The position numbers were made by a program, and so were the translations under genes. Source: Acidimicrobiia bacterium (lineage in GTDB: Bacteria > Actinomycetota > Acidimicrobiia > Spongiisociales > ZC4RG35). Taken from it: 64,000 nucleotides of DNA. A model generated the notes under the pieces. That model was not told the origin of the DNA, did no database searches, and saw only the letters and a program-made list of their open reading frames with translations. The DNA lies in assembly GCA_035461175.1 (NCBI GenBank), contig DATHVR010000073.1, forward strand, positions 9,871 to 73,870, read 5' to 3'. Positions 1-8,856 of this stretch are shown here, one piece after another (the first letter of the stretch is position 1; every line of letters starts with the position of its first letter).

Positions 1-1658
1 TCTATCCGCTGCGGCGAATGGCCGAGGACCCGACCCGGATGTTCGCCGGGGAGGGCCCTCCCGAACAGACCAACCGCCGCTTCCACTACCTGGCCGAGGG
101 GATGGCGGCCAAACGCCTCTCCACCGCCTTCGACTCGGTCACCCTGTATGGGGAGGACCCCGCCGTCCGCCCCGACATCTACGGCAAGGTAGGCAACTCG
201 GGGGTGTCGATCGCCACCCTGGACGACGCCAAGAAGCTGTATTCGGGTTTCGACCTGTCGGATCCGTCCACATCGGTGTCGATGACGATCAACGGGCCCG
301 CCCCCACCATCCTGGCGTTCTTCCTCAACGCCGCCGTCGACCAAGCCTGCGAAAAACACATCCGCGCCAACGGACTCACCGACGAAATCGAGGAGCGGAT
401 CGCCGAGATCTACGGCGACCGGCCCCGCCCCACCTACCACGGCGACCTCCCCGACGGCCACGACGGGCTGGGTCTGATGCTGCTGGGGGTGACCGGCGAC
501 CAGGTCCTGGCCCAGGAGACGTACGACAAGATCAGGGCCGACACCCTCGCCCGGGTGCGGGGCACCGTCCAGGCCGACATCTTGAAAGAGGACCAGGCCC
601 AGAACACCTGCATCTTCTCGACCGAGTTCTCGTTGAAGATGATGGGCGACGTCCAGGAGTACTTCACCAACAACGGGGTCCGCAACTTCTATTCGGTGTC
701 GATCTCGGGCTATCACATGGCCGAAGCCGGCGCCAACCCGATCACCCAGCTGGCCTTCACGCTCGCCAACGGCTTCACTTACCTCGAGTACTACCTGTCC
801 CGGGGCCTCGCCATCGACGAGTTCGCCCCCAACCTGTCTTTCTTCTTCTCCAACGGCGTCGACGCCGAATACGCCGTCATCGGCCGGGTAGCACGCCGGA
901 TCTGGGCCAAGGCCCTCAAACACCGCTACGGCGCCAATCCCCGCTCCCAGATGCTCAAATACCACATCCAGACCTCCGGGCGGTCCCTCCACGCCCAAGA
1001 GATCTCCTTCAACGACATCCGCACCACCCTCCAGGCCCTCTACGCCATTTACGACAACTGCAATTCGCTGCACACCAACGCCTATGACGAGGCCATCACC
1101 ACCCCCACCGAGGAATCGGTCCGCCGGGCGGTCGCCATCCAGCTCATCATCAACAAAGAACTCGGCCTCAACCGCAACGAGAACCCCCTCCAGGGCAGCT
1201 TCATCATCGAAGAACTCACCGACCTGGTCGAAGAAGCCGTCCTCACCGAATTCGGGCGCCTCTCATCGCGGGGCGGGGTGCTCGGAGCGATGGAACGCCA
1301 ATACCAGCGCACCAAGATCCAAGAAGAGTCGATGCACTACGAACAGAAGAAGGAATCCGGCGAATACCCCGTCGTCGGAGTCAACACCTTCCTCTCCAAA
1401 GAGGGCTCACCCTTCCAAACCCCCGACACCCTCGTCCGGTCCACACCCGAAGCCAAAGACCGCCAGATCGCCAACCTGGCCGCCTTCAAAGACCGCAACC
1501 ACGACCGCGCCCCCGACGCCCTCGAACACCTCGCCCACGCCGCCACCCACGGCCACAACACCTTCGGCGCCCTCCTCGACACCGCCAAAGTCGCCACCCT
1601 CGGCCAGATCACCCACACCCTCTACCAAGTCGGCGGCCAGTACCGCCGCAACATGTGA
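1..1658 (+). CDS. Methylmalonyl-CoA mutase family (acyl-CoA mutase) large catalytic subunit. The 5' end is truncated by the window edge; the reading frame is open from nt 3.
   Basis: Translation contains the mutase TIM-barrel motifs (…[26 protein letters not shown]…, …[10 protein letters not shown]…). There is no in-frame stop between the window start and 1658. No B12-binding domain follows. Confidence 0.8.
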   Translation, partial: YPLRRMAEDPTRMFAGEGPPEQTNRRFHYLAEGMAAKRLSTAFDSVTLYGEDPAVRPDIYGKVGNSGVSIATLDDAKKLYSGFDLSDPSTSVSMTINGPAPTILAFFLNAAVDQACEKHIRANGLTDEIEERIAEIYGDRPRPTYHGDLPDGHDGLGLMLLGVTGDQVLAQETYDKIRADTLARVRGTVQADILKEDQAQNTCIFSTEFSLKMMGDVQEYFTNNGVRNFYSVSISGYHMAEAGANPITQLAFTLANGFTYLEYYLSRGLAIDEFAPNLSFFFSNGVDAEYAVIGRVARRIWAKALKHRYGANPRSQMLKYHIQTSGRSLHAQEISFNDIRTTLQALYAIYDNCNSLHTNAYDEAITTPTEESVRRAVAIQLIINKELGLNRNENPLQGSFIIEELTDLVEEAVLTEFGRLSSRGGVLGAMERQYQRTKIQEESMHYEQKKESGEYPVVGVNTFLSKEGSPFQTPDTLVRSTPEAKDRQIANLAAFKDRNHDRAPDALEHLAHAATHGHNTFGALLDTAKVATLGQITHTLYQVGGQYRRNM

Positions 1659-1677
1659 CCAACCCGGAGGTATGCAG

Positions 1678-1887
1678 ATGTGCAGGTCCATCGTTCGACT
1701 ACGTGACGGCGCCGAGATCCATCCCCACGAGGACATCGAGGCGGCGGCCCGTCAGTTCGTGAGGAAGGTCTCGGGCTTCAGCCGTCCCGCGTCTCACAAC
1801 CAGGAGGTCTTCGAACGTGCCGTGGCCGAGATCACCCGATCGGTGGAACAGCTGATGGACGGCCTCGAGGTACGCGGAGCCGGCTAA
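1678..1887 (+). CDS. DUF2277-family small protein, of the kind commonly found next to mutase/MeaB genes.
   Basis: The 69-aa translation is MCRSIVRLRDGAEIHPHEDIEAAARQFVRKVSGFSRPASHNQEVFERAVAEI… A GGAGG sits 7 nt upstream of the ATG at 1678. The ORF is in an alternate frame overlapping the 3' end of the mutase ORF track entry 1084..1887. Confidence 0.55.
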   Translation: MCRSIVRLRDGAEIHPHEDIEAAARQFVRKVSGFSRPASHNQEVFERAVAEITRSVEQLMDGLEVRGAG

Positions 1888-1914
1888 ACCCTCCCATAAA
1901 CGGCGACATCTGGG

Positions 1915-2943
1915 ATGATGTGGGACGACTCCCCGTCACCTCTCCCTATGACAGACCAAACGCGCCTGATCGAACAACCTCCTCCTTCCCGTCGCCGCCG
2001 CATGAGCCGGGGCCAGCGCTGGATCATCCGGATTCTCGTGATCCTGGTTCTAGTGGCAGCCCTGGCCGTGGGGGCCGTCTTCTTCGCCGACTTCCGGATG
2101 GGAAGCACCGGGCCCCTGGGCAGTCTGTCCGGAGGGGAACCGACGTTCCTCGTGGTCGGCAGCGACTCGCGCGAGAACCTGCCCGACGACCTCGAGGGCA
2201 AGTTCGGCGACTTCGGCGGGGAGAGGGCCGATGTCATCATCTTGATGCAGGTGGTCGACGACACGGTCCAGTTGCTGTCGATCCCGCGTGATCTCAAGGT
2301 CGAGATCCCGGGACACGGAACCAACAAGGTCAACGCCGCCTACGCCTTCGGAGGTCCTGACCTGCTGGTCGAAACGATCACCGCCGCCACCGGCATCCCG
2401 GTGGGCCACTACATGGAGGTCGACTTCGGCGGTTTTGCCGGGATCGTGGACTCCCTGGGTGGAATCGAACTCGACTTTCCCAACCCGGCTCGCGACGTCA
2501 AGTCGGGATTGATGGTGGAGGAACCGGGAACCCAGGTCGTCGACGGTGCCACCGCGCTCGCCTATGCCCGCTCGCGCACCTACGAAGAGTTGATCGACGG
2601 GAGCTGGCAATCGACATCCGGCGGGGACATTGCCCGCACCGGACGCCAGCGCGAGGTCCTCCTCGAGATCCTGGGGAAGGCGTCGAGCCCCTCCGGCATC
2701 ATCCGCAGCCCGATGGTGGTCAACCAGGTCACCGGCAACCTCACGGTGGACGAATCGGTGACTCCCATGCTCCTCGCCCGCACCGCCTGGGGTTTTCGCT
2801 CCGCCGGCTCCACTCAGGCCGTAACCCTGCCGGTCGTGGGCAGCACCGAGGGCGGCGTCTCCTACGTCGTGCGGTCCGAGCCCGGCGCCACGGAGGTGCT
2901 GGAGGCGTTCGCCGCCGGACGCCGCCTGCCCGAAGGCGACTGA
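1915..2943 (+). CDS. LytR-CpsA-Psr (LCP) family cell-envelope glycopolymer transferase. The start is uncertain (alternatives at 1948 and 2002).
   Basis: N-terminal TM segment (IIRILVILVLVAALAVGAVFF) followed by LCP-domain motifs (FLVVGSDSR…RADVIILMQV…LSIPRDL…NKVNAAYAFGGP…GHYMEVDFGGF). Confidence 0.75.
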   Translation: MMWDDSPSPLPMTDQTRLIEQPPPSRRRRMSRGQRWIIRILVILVLVAALAVGAVFFADFRMGSTGPLGSLSGGEPTFLVVGSDSRENLPDDLEGKFGDFGGERADVIILMQVVDDTVQLLSIPRDLKVEIPGHGTNKVNAAYAFGGPDLLVETITAATGIPVGHYMEVDFGGFAGIVDSLGGIELDFPNPARDVKSGLMVEEPGTQVVDGATALAYARSRTYEELIDGSWQSTSGGDIARTGRQREVLLEILGKASSPSGIIRSPMVVNQVTGNLTVDESVTPMLLARTAWGFRSAGSTQAVTLPVVGSTEGGVSYVVRSEPGATEVLEAFAAGRRLPEGD

Positions 2944-3372
2944 TCACCCCGGCTGCTGGGCTTCGAGCTGGCGGATCACCTCGGTGACGAGGTCGTCACC
3001 GGCGGCACTATCCGGTGAGAGATTGCGCAGCCTGTCCAGCGTGTCCACCCGCTGGGCGACGGCGTTGCAGCCCAGGCGGCGGGAAACCTCCCAGTAGGCC
3101 GTGCTACTGATCACGTCCACCCGCTCGGCGAGCTCAGCGGCGGGGACCCGGCCCCCGCTAGCCTCGGCCATGGCGTCGAGGTCCTCAGCCGCCTCCCGCA
3201 CGACAGCCACGAAAGTGTCGCTCAGGGTGTCGCAGTTGCGTAGATCGTCGAGAGTGGCCTCCAGGTCGAAGCCGGCCCCGATCTCGTCCGGAAGACTCAC
3301 CGACACGCCACCACATGCCCCCAGGGTCAGGAGAAGGGAAAGCGCGGCGAATCGAGTGACTGAGCGATGCAT
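2944..3372 (-). CDS. Hypothetical lipoprotein.
   Basis: Signal peptide with lipobox (LLLTLGAC) at the N-terminus. Codon usage is typical of the genome. The gene is convergent with, and immediately abuts, the LCP gene. Confidence 0.5.
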   Translation of the reverse strand: MHRSVTRFAALSLLLTLGACGGVSVSLPDEIGAGFDLEATLDDLRNCDTLSDTFVAVVREAAEDLDAMAEASGGRVPAAELAERVDVISSTAYWEVSRRLGCNAVAQRVDTLDRLRNLSPDSAAGDDLVTEVIRQLEAQQPG

Positions 3373-3454
3373 CCCGGCACAATACCCATCGTGGAGTACA
3401 GGGGGGTAGGAGGAGTTCTAAGCCCTCGATCCCGCCCGGTACCCTGCTGTTGAT

Positions 3455-5983
3455 ATGAGAGACGTTCCCAACAAGCCCTCCATCGACGGCCTGGAGGCGA
3501 AGTGGAGCCGCCGCTGGGAAGAGGACGGCATCTACCGCTTCCCGCCCGGGGCCGACCGCAGCCAGGTGTACGCCATCGACACGCCCCCGCCCACGGTGTC
3601 CGGCTCCCTGCACATGGGAACCGTCTTCGGGTATGCCCAGACCGATGCCGTCGCCCGGTATCAACGAATGCGGGGCAAGGCCGTCTTCTACCCGATGGGG
3701 TGGGACGACAACGGCTTACCCACCGAGCGACGGGTCCAGGCCTACTACGGGGTCACCTGCGACCCCTCCCTGCCCTACGCCCCCGACTTCGAAGCCCCGG
3801 CCGAGGCCGCCGATCCGCCGGTGCCGATCTCGCGCCGGAACTTCATCGAACTGTGCCACCTGCTCACGGACGTGGACGAGAAGGCCTACGAGGACCTGTT
3901 CCGAACCCTCGGACTCTCGGTCGACTGGGACCATCTCTACACCACGATCTCCACCGAGGCCCAGGAGATCAGCCAGCGCGCCTTCCTGCGCAACCTGGAA
4001 AGAGGAGAGGCGTATACCCAGGAGGCGCCCGTCCTGTGGGACACCGACTTCCAGACCGCCGTCGCCCAGGCCGAGCTCGAGGACCGGGAACGAACCGGGG
4101 CATACCACCGGATCTCCTTCCACCGTCCGGACGGCGAACCGGTCCACATCGAGACCACCAGGCCCGAGCTGATTTGTTCGTGCGTGGCCCTGGTCGCCCA
4201 TCCCGACGACGAGCGCTACCGCGATCTGGTAGGTACCACGGTCACCACCCCCGTCTTCGGCGTGGAGGTTCCGGTGGTGGCGCACCACCTCGCCGAGCCC
4301 GAAAAGGGGAGCGGCATCGCCATGATCTGCACCTTCGGCGACACCACCGACGTCACGTGGTGGCGTGAGCTCGATCTCGACACTCGCGCCGTGGTGGGCC
4401 GCGACGGCCGCTTCCAGGAGGAGGTCCCGCCCTGGATCACCACCGAGGCGGGACGGGACGCCTACGCCGGGCTGGCCGGCAAGTTCTCCAACCAGGCTCG
4501 CCGGGCGATGGTGGAGCTTCTGGAAGTCTCCGGCGATCTCGACGGACAGCCCCGCCGGGTCACCCACGCCGTCAAGTTCTACGAAAAGGGCGACCGGCCG
4601 CTGGAGATCGTCACTAGCCGGCAGTGGTACATCCGCAATGGCGGACGCGACGCCGAGCTCCAGAAAGAGCTGCTGGAACTGGGGGAGAGGCTGGAATGGG
4701 TTCCGGGCTACATGGGGGTGCGGTACCGCCACTGGGTCGAGGGCCTCGCCGGCGATTGGCTGATCTCTCGCCAGAGGTTCTTCGGGGTCCCGATCCCGCT
4801 CTGGTACCGGCTCTCGGAGGCCGGGGAACCCGATTACGACGACCCGATCATTCCCGACATGGCGAGCCTTCCCGTCGACCCCGGTTCCGACGCCCCGCCG
4901 GGCTACTCCGCCGACCAGCGGGGAGTCCCGGGCGGCTTCGTCGGCGATCACGACGTGTTCGACACCTGGGCCACCTCGTCCCTCACGCCGCTCATCGCCG
5001 GAAAGTGGGGCAAGGACGATGAACTCTTCGCCTCGGTCTTTCCGATGGACCAGCGCCCCCAGGGCCATGAGATCATCCGGACCTGGTTGTTCGCGACGGT
5101 GGTCCGATCCCACCACGAGTTCGGCGAACTGCCGTGGCGTCGGGCCACGATCAACGGTTGGATCCTCGATCCCGACCGCAAGAAGATGTCGAAGTCGCGG
5201 GGCAACGTAATCACGCCGGCAGCCCTGTTCGAGGAGCACGGGGCGGACGGGGTGCGCTATTGGGCCACTTCGGCCCGGCCGGGTGCGGACACGGCCTATG
5301 ACGAAGGGCAGATGAAGATCGGGCGGCGGCTGGCCATCAAGATCCTCAACGCCTCCCGCTTCGTCCTCGGCTTCGGTGACGACGTCGGCTCCGAGGCGAT
5401 CTCCCTACCTCTCGACCGGGCGATGCTGGCCCGGCTGGAGCAGGTGATCGGCGACGCCGCCGCCGCCTTCGAGCAGTTCGACTACGCCCGTGCCCTCGAC
5501 GTGGCCGAGTCGGCCTTCTGGTCGTGGACCGACGACTACCTGGAGCTGGTCAAGGGGCGCGCCTACGGAGAGGGGAACGAAGCCGCCTCAGCCCAGGCCG
5601 CGCTCCACCTATCACTGTCGGTCTTCCTCCGGCTCTTCGCTCCGTTTCTCCCTTACGTCACCGAGGAGGCCTGGAGCTGGTGGCAGGCGGGCTCCGTCCA
5701 TCGCAGCGACTGGCCCAGCACAGCCGAGCTGGCCGACCTCACCGGCGATGCGGCCGTGCTCGACACCACCGCCGCCGTGCTCTCGGGAGTGCGCCGGGCC
5801 AAGTCCGACGCCAAGGTGTCGATGCGGACGCCCGTGACGGCCCTGACTGTCACCGCTCCCGATGCCCAGGCAGAGGCCCTTCGTCAGGCCGCCTCCGACC
5901 TTTTGGACGCCGCCAAGGCCGAGTCGATCTCCTACCGCAGCGGCGAGTTCGCCGTAGAAGCCCAGGTAGCCGACCCCGCCTGA
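3455..5983 (+). CDS. valS: Class I aminoacyl-tRNA synthetase; most likely valine--tRNA ligase (ValRS), a compact form without a C-terminal coiled coil.
   Basis: Contains the HIGH-region motif TPPPTVSGSLHMG, a KMSKS motif (KMSKSRGN) and the ValRS-like anticodon-domain motif IKILNASRFVL. The GWDDNGLPTE motif looks more like LeuRS/IleRS, so the amino-acid specificity is not certain. Confidence 0.6.
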   Translation: MRDVPNKPSIDGLEAKWSRRWEEDGIYRFPPGADRSQVYAIDTPPPTVSGSLHMGTVFGYAQTDAVARYQRMRGKAVFYPMGWDDNGLPTERRVQAYYGVTCDPSLPYAPDFEAPAEAADPPVPISRRNFIELCHLLTDVDEKAYEDLFRTLGLSVDWDHLYTTISTEAQEISQRAFLRNLERGEAYTQEAPVLWDTDFQTAVAQAELEDRERTGAYHRISFHRPDGEPVHIETTRPELICSCVALVAHPDDERYRDLVGTTVTTPVFGVEVPVVAHHLAEPEKGSGIAMICTFGDTTDVTWWRELDLDTRAVVGRDGRFQEEVPPWITTEAGRDAYAGLAGKFSNQARRAMVELLEVSGDLDGQPRRVTHAVKFYEKGDRPLEIVTSRQWYIRNGGRDAELQKELLELGERLEWVPGYMGVRYRHWVEGLAGDWLISRQRFFGVPIPLWYRLSEAGEPDYDDPIIPDMASLPVDPGSDAPPGYSADQRGVPGGFVGDHDVFDTWATSSLTPLIAGKWGKDDELFASVFPMDQRPQGHEIIRTWLFATVVRSHHEFGELPWRRATINGWILDPDRKKMSKSRGNVITPAALFEEHGADGVRYWATSARPGADTAYDEGQMKIGRRLAIKILNASRFVLGFGDDVGSEAISLPLDRAMLARLEQVIGDAAAAFEQFDYARALDVAESAFWSWTDDYLELVKGRAYGEGNEAASAQAALHLSLSVFLRLFAPFLPYVTEEAWSWWQAGSVHRSDWPSTAELADLTGDAAVLDTTAAVLSGVRRAKSDAKVSMRTPVTALTVTAPDAQAEALRQAASDLLDAAKAESISYRSGEFAVEAQVADPA

Positions 5984-5988
5984 GCTTT

Positions 5989-6009
5989 GTCCCCCACGAA
6001 GTGGGGAAA
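5989..6009 (+). terminator. GC hairpin immediately after the valS stop; putative intrinsic terminator with no U-tract.
   Basis: tCCCCCACgaaGTGGGGaa begins 6 nt after the TGA at 5981-5983. Confidence 0.3.
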
Positions 6010-6140
6010 GGTCCCTGCCGCCGGAGCTTGCGGAGGCGGGAGGTAGGGGCAACAGTGAGAGACGGGTTTTCCCGGTCTTGTGGGCTGGTCGTTCACCAGA
6101 CTTGCGCTATCAGTGCAAGGGTGGGTATACTTGCCCGAAC

Positions 6141-6753
6141 CATGCAAGTAGCTGCCCTGATCGGAGACGTGGTCGCCTCCCGCCAGGCGCCGGACCGGCG
6201 TCTGCTCCAGGAGCGCCTGCTGGCGATTCTAGAGCAGGAGGGAAGACGCTACGGCGTCTCCCTCGACCTCACCCTCGGCGACGAGTTCCAGGGTCGCTAT
6301 CCATCGCTCCAGGTGGCGATTTCGGCCTCCTGGTTCCTGCATGTGGCCGCCATCGGCGTGGCCCAACTCCGGATCGGGATCGGCTGGGGCGAACTGATGG
6401 TCGAGGGGTCGGAGGAGACCCCGTTCGGCCAGGACGGCCCGGCGTGGTGGCAGGCACGGGAAACGGTGGAAGCCGTGGAAGAATCGTCACACCCGGTTCG
6501 TACGCTGGTAGCGACCGCCACCTCCTGGGACATGTTCTTCAACTCATATCTGCGTCTGCGCGATTCGCATCTCGAGGGTCTCGACGAGGTCGATTCCCGG
6601 ATTCTGCTCGGCCTGGTCGAGGGCGAGACGCAGCGATCCCTGGCCGAGCGCCTCGACCTCCACGAGAGCTCGATCAGCCGCCGTGTCCGCCGCCACCTGC
6701 TGACGACCCTGATCGAGACCACGGTCCCCGAGATCCCCGGGTTCGGATCGTGA
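6141..6753 (+). CDS. SatD-family protein. The N-terminal domain has a nucleotide-cyclase/GGDEF-like motif pattern and the C-terminus carries a LuxR/sigma-R4-like HTH.
   Basis: Starts MQVAALIGDVVASRQ… (SatD hallmark LIGDxVxSR) and contains …LTLGDEFQG…. The C-terminus reads …ETQRSLAERLDLHESSISRRVRR… (HTH). The stop overlaps the start of the next gene (GTGA). Confidence 0.55.
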
Positions 6754-7097
6754 ACTGGGCGATCACCGCTATCGGAGCCGCCCTCCTCACGGTGCCGGCG
6801 AACTGGTTGGTGCGCCGGCTGTTGCTGCATATCCGGGCGATCCCAACCGGCGGCGCCGAGGGGGCGGGTCGCTGGATCGGCATCCTCGAGCGTCTGCTCA
6901 TCTTCATCCTCGTGGTGGGGGGAGAGGCGGGAGCAGCCGCCCTCGTGGCTACCGCCAAGGCGATCCTGCGTTTCCCCGAGATCTCGGGTGACGAACCCCA
7001 CCTGAATGCCGAATATGTCCTGATCGGCTCCCTCGCCTCCTGGTTGCTCGCCATCGCCGTCGGATTCGGTGTCGCGGGCCTCTTGGCCGAGCTCTGA
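6750..7097 (+). CDS. DUF3307-like small integral membrane protein; the usual partner of SatD.
   Basis: The 115-aa product has 3-4 predicted TM helices (AITAIGAALLTVPANWLV…, RLLIFILVVGGEAGAAALVA…, LIGSLASWLLAIAVGFGVAGLL). The GTG start overlaps the satD stop by 4 nt. Confidence 0.5.
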   Translation: MNWAITAIGAALLTVPANWLVRRLLLHIRAIPTGGAEGAGRWIGILERLLIFILVVGGEAGAAALVATAKAILRFPEISGDEPHLNAEYVLIGSLASWLLAIAVGFGVAGLLAEL

Positions 7098-7183
7098 GAG
7101 CGGTTCTGGCATCCCGATCGCTCCGGTAACCTTTCGTCGATGCATCCTCCTTCGCCCGTTCCCGGCGCGCCCGGAGCCAGGCC

Positions 7184-8275
7184 ATGAGCCTCCAGGCCGG
7201 CATCGTCGGCCTCCCCAACGTGGGCAAATCGACCCTGTTCAATGCCCTTACCGCCGCCAGGGCCGAGGCGGCCAACTACCCGTTCGCCACGATCGAGCCC
7301 AACGTAGGAGTCGTTCCGGTTCCGGATGCCCGCCTCGACCAGATCAACTCGGTAATCGAGACCAAAGAGGTCATCCCCGCGGTCGTCGAGATTCTCGATA
7401 TCGCCGGCCTGGTTCGTGGCGCCAGCGAGGGCGAGGGTCTCGGTAACCAGTTCCTCGGCCATATCCGTTCGGTCGATGCCGTCCTCGAGGTAATCCGCTG
7501 CTTCGACGATCCCGACATCACCCACGTCGAAGGTTCGATCGACCCGATCCGCGACATCGAAACGATCGAGACCGAGCTGATTCTGGCCGACCTCCAGGTG
7601 GCAGAACGGAGATTGGACCGTCTGGAGCGGGGCGCCCGGTCGGGAGACAAAGAGTTGATCCGCCAACGGGACCTCGTGCAACGCCTGGTGAGCTGGCTCG
7701 GCGGTGGCAACCCGGCCCGAACCCTGGTCCTGCGGCCCGAGGAAACTCCCGCACTCCGCGAGATCGAGATGCTCACCGCCCGACCGGTTCTGTACGTGTG
7801 CAATGTGGATGAAGCCGGCCTGGCCGGCAACGAGCACACGGCCCGTGTAGAGACATGGGCCAAGGAGCGGGAGGCGGCCGTCGTCGTGATCTGTGCCCAG
7901 GCCGAAGCCGAGATCGCCGAGCTCGACCCCGAGGATCGCGCCCTCTTCCTGGAAGAGTTGGGGCTGGCGGAGCCGGGCCTACACACCCTCGCCCGTGACA
8001 CCTACCGCCTGCTCGGGTTGCGGACATTCTTCACGGCCGGGCCCAAGGAGATCCGGGCGTGGACCATCCGGGCCGGAGCCACCGCCCCGGAATCGGCCGG
8101 TGTCATCCACTCCGACTTCGAAGCGGGCTTCATCCGGGTGGAGGTCTACCGCATCGAGGACCTGCTCGAACACCGCAGCGAGTCGGCCCTCAAGGCAGCG
8201 GGCAAGCTACGGGTGGAGGGCAAGGACTACGAGGTTGCCGACGGCGACGTGCTCCACTTCCGGTTCAACCTCTGA
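7184..8275 (+). CDS. ychF: Redox-regulated / ribosome-binding ATPase YchF.
   Basis: MSLQAGIVGLPNVGKSTLFNALT…NYPFATIEPNVGVV…, a TGS domain at the C-terminus, 363 aa. Confidence 0.9.
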   Translation: MSLQAGIVGLPNVGKSTLFNALTAARAEAANYPFATIEPNVGVVPVPDARLDQINSVIETKEVIPAVVEILDIAGLVRGASEGEGLGNQFLGHIRSVDAVLEVIRCFDDPDITHVEGSIDPIRDIETIETELILADLQVAERRLDRLERGARSGDKELIRQRDLVQRLVSWLGGGNPARTLVLRPEETPALREIEMLTARPVLYVCNVDEAGLAGNEHTARVETWAKEREAAVVVICAQAEAEIAELDPEDRALFLEELGLAEPGLHTLARDTYRLLGLRTFFTAGPKEIRAWTIRAGATAPESAGVIHSDFEAGFIRVEVYRIEDLLEHRSESALKAAGKLRVEGKDYEVADGDVLHFRFNL

Positions 8276-8279
8276 CCGA

Positions 8280-8322
8280 CGTGCATCTGCCGCCCGTGGC
8301 GGGGCGCATCTGCACGTCAGAT
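8280..8322. terminator. Inverted-repeat hairpin between the convergent ychF and USP genes (bidirectional terminator candidate).
   Basis: GACGTGCAtctgCCGCCcgtgGCGGggcgcatcTGCACGTC, with a nested CCGCC/GGCGG stem. Confidence 0.35.
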
Positions 8323-8326
8323 TCGA

Positions 8327-8767
8327 TCAGGGAACCGTGAGGACCGCGCAGGGAGCGGTGTTGGCGACCCGGTCGGCCACCGAGCCCACCACCAACCGCT
8401 CGACCAGGCCGGCGCCCCGGCGGCCCACCACCAGCAGGTCGGCCTCCTCGACCCGACACACCTCGGTGAGCTGGGTGGCGGGATCGCCCACCTCTTCGAC
8501 CGTTTCGTAATCGAGGCCCTCGAGGTCGAGCTCGGCCTCGGCCTTATCGAGGATGCGGCGGCGACCCTCGACGACGGCAGTGGCGAAGGCATCGGGGCTG
8601 GGAGGTGCACCTCCAATACCCCACCAGCCTTCGGGTGGGCGAACCACCGTGGTGATCAGGACCCGCGAGCCGAACTTGCGGGCCAGGGAAACGGCCATGC
8701 GGGCCGCTTCCATGCTCTGATCCGAGCCGTCGACGCCGACGACGATCGTCTTCAACTGCCAATCCAA
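8327..8767 (-). CDS. Universal stress protein (UspA family).
   Basis: …LKTIVVGVDGSDQSMEAARMAVSLAR…LLVVGRRGAGLVERLVVGSVADRVANTAPCAVLTV. TTG start preceded by a GGAGGTG SD. Confidence 0.85.
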   Translation of the reverse strand: MDWQLKTIVVGVDGSDQSMEAARMAVSLARKFGSRVLITTVVRPPEGWWGIGGAPPSPDAFATAVVEGRRRILDKAEAELDLEGLDYETVEEVGDPATQLTEVCRVEEADLLVVGRRGAGLVERLVVGSVADRVANTAPCAVLTVP

Positions 8768-8856
8768 AACGACACCTCCGTGATCATCTGAGCGTAACCG
8801 ACAACGAGAGAGGGGCCTCCATCGAGGCCCCTCTCTACGATCGACGTCGGGTTGCG

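Noticed and set aside
3716-5239. 507-aa ORF antisense to valS (also 3502..4368, 3633..4172, 4365..4763, 4624..5022)
   Set aside because: Gly/Arg/Pro-rich low-complexity translation typical of alternate-frame shadow ORFs in high-GC DNA. It is fully overlapped by a gene with a clear aaRS identity.
5524-6753. 409-aa ORF spanning the valS 3' end through the SatD-like gene
   Set aside because: Only the distal part (from the ATG at 6141) has protein-like sequence (SatD family). The upstream 200 codons are an out-of-frame read-through of valS with low-complexity composition.
6078-7097. 339-aa ORF overlapping satD
   Set aside because: Only its last ~115 codons (from the GTG at 6750) form a plausible membrane protein (DUF3307-like). 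The rest is Arg/Pro/Gly-rich shadow sequence.
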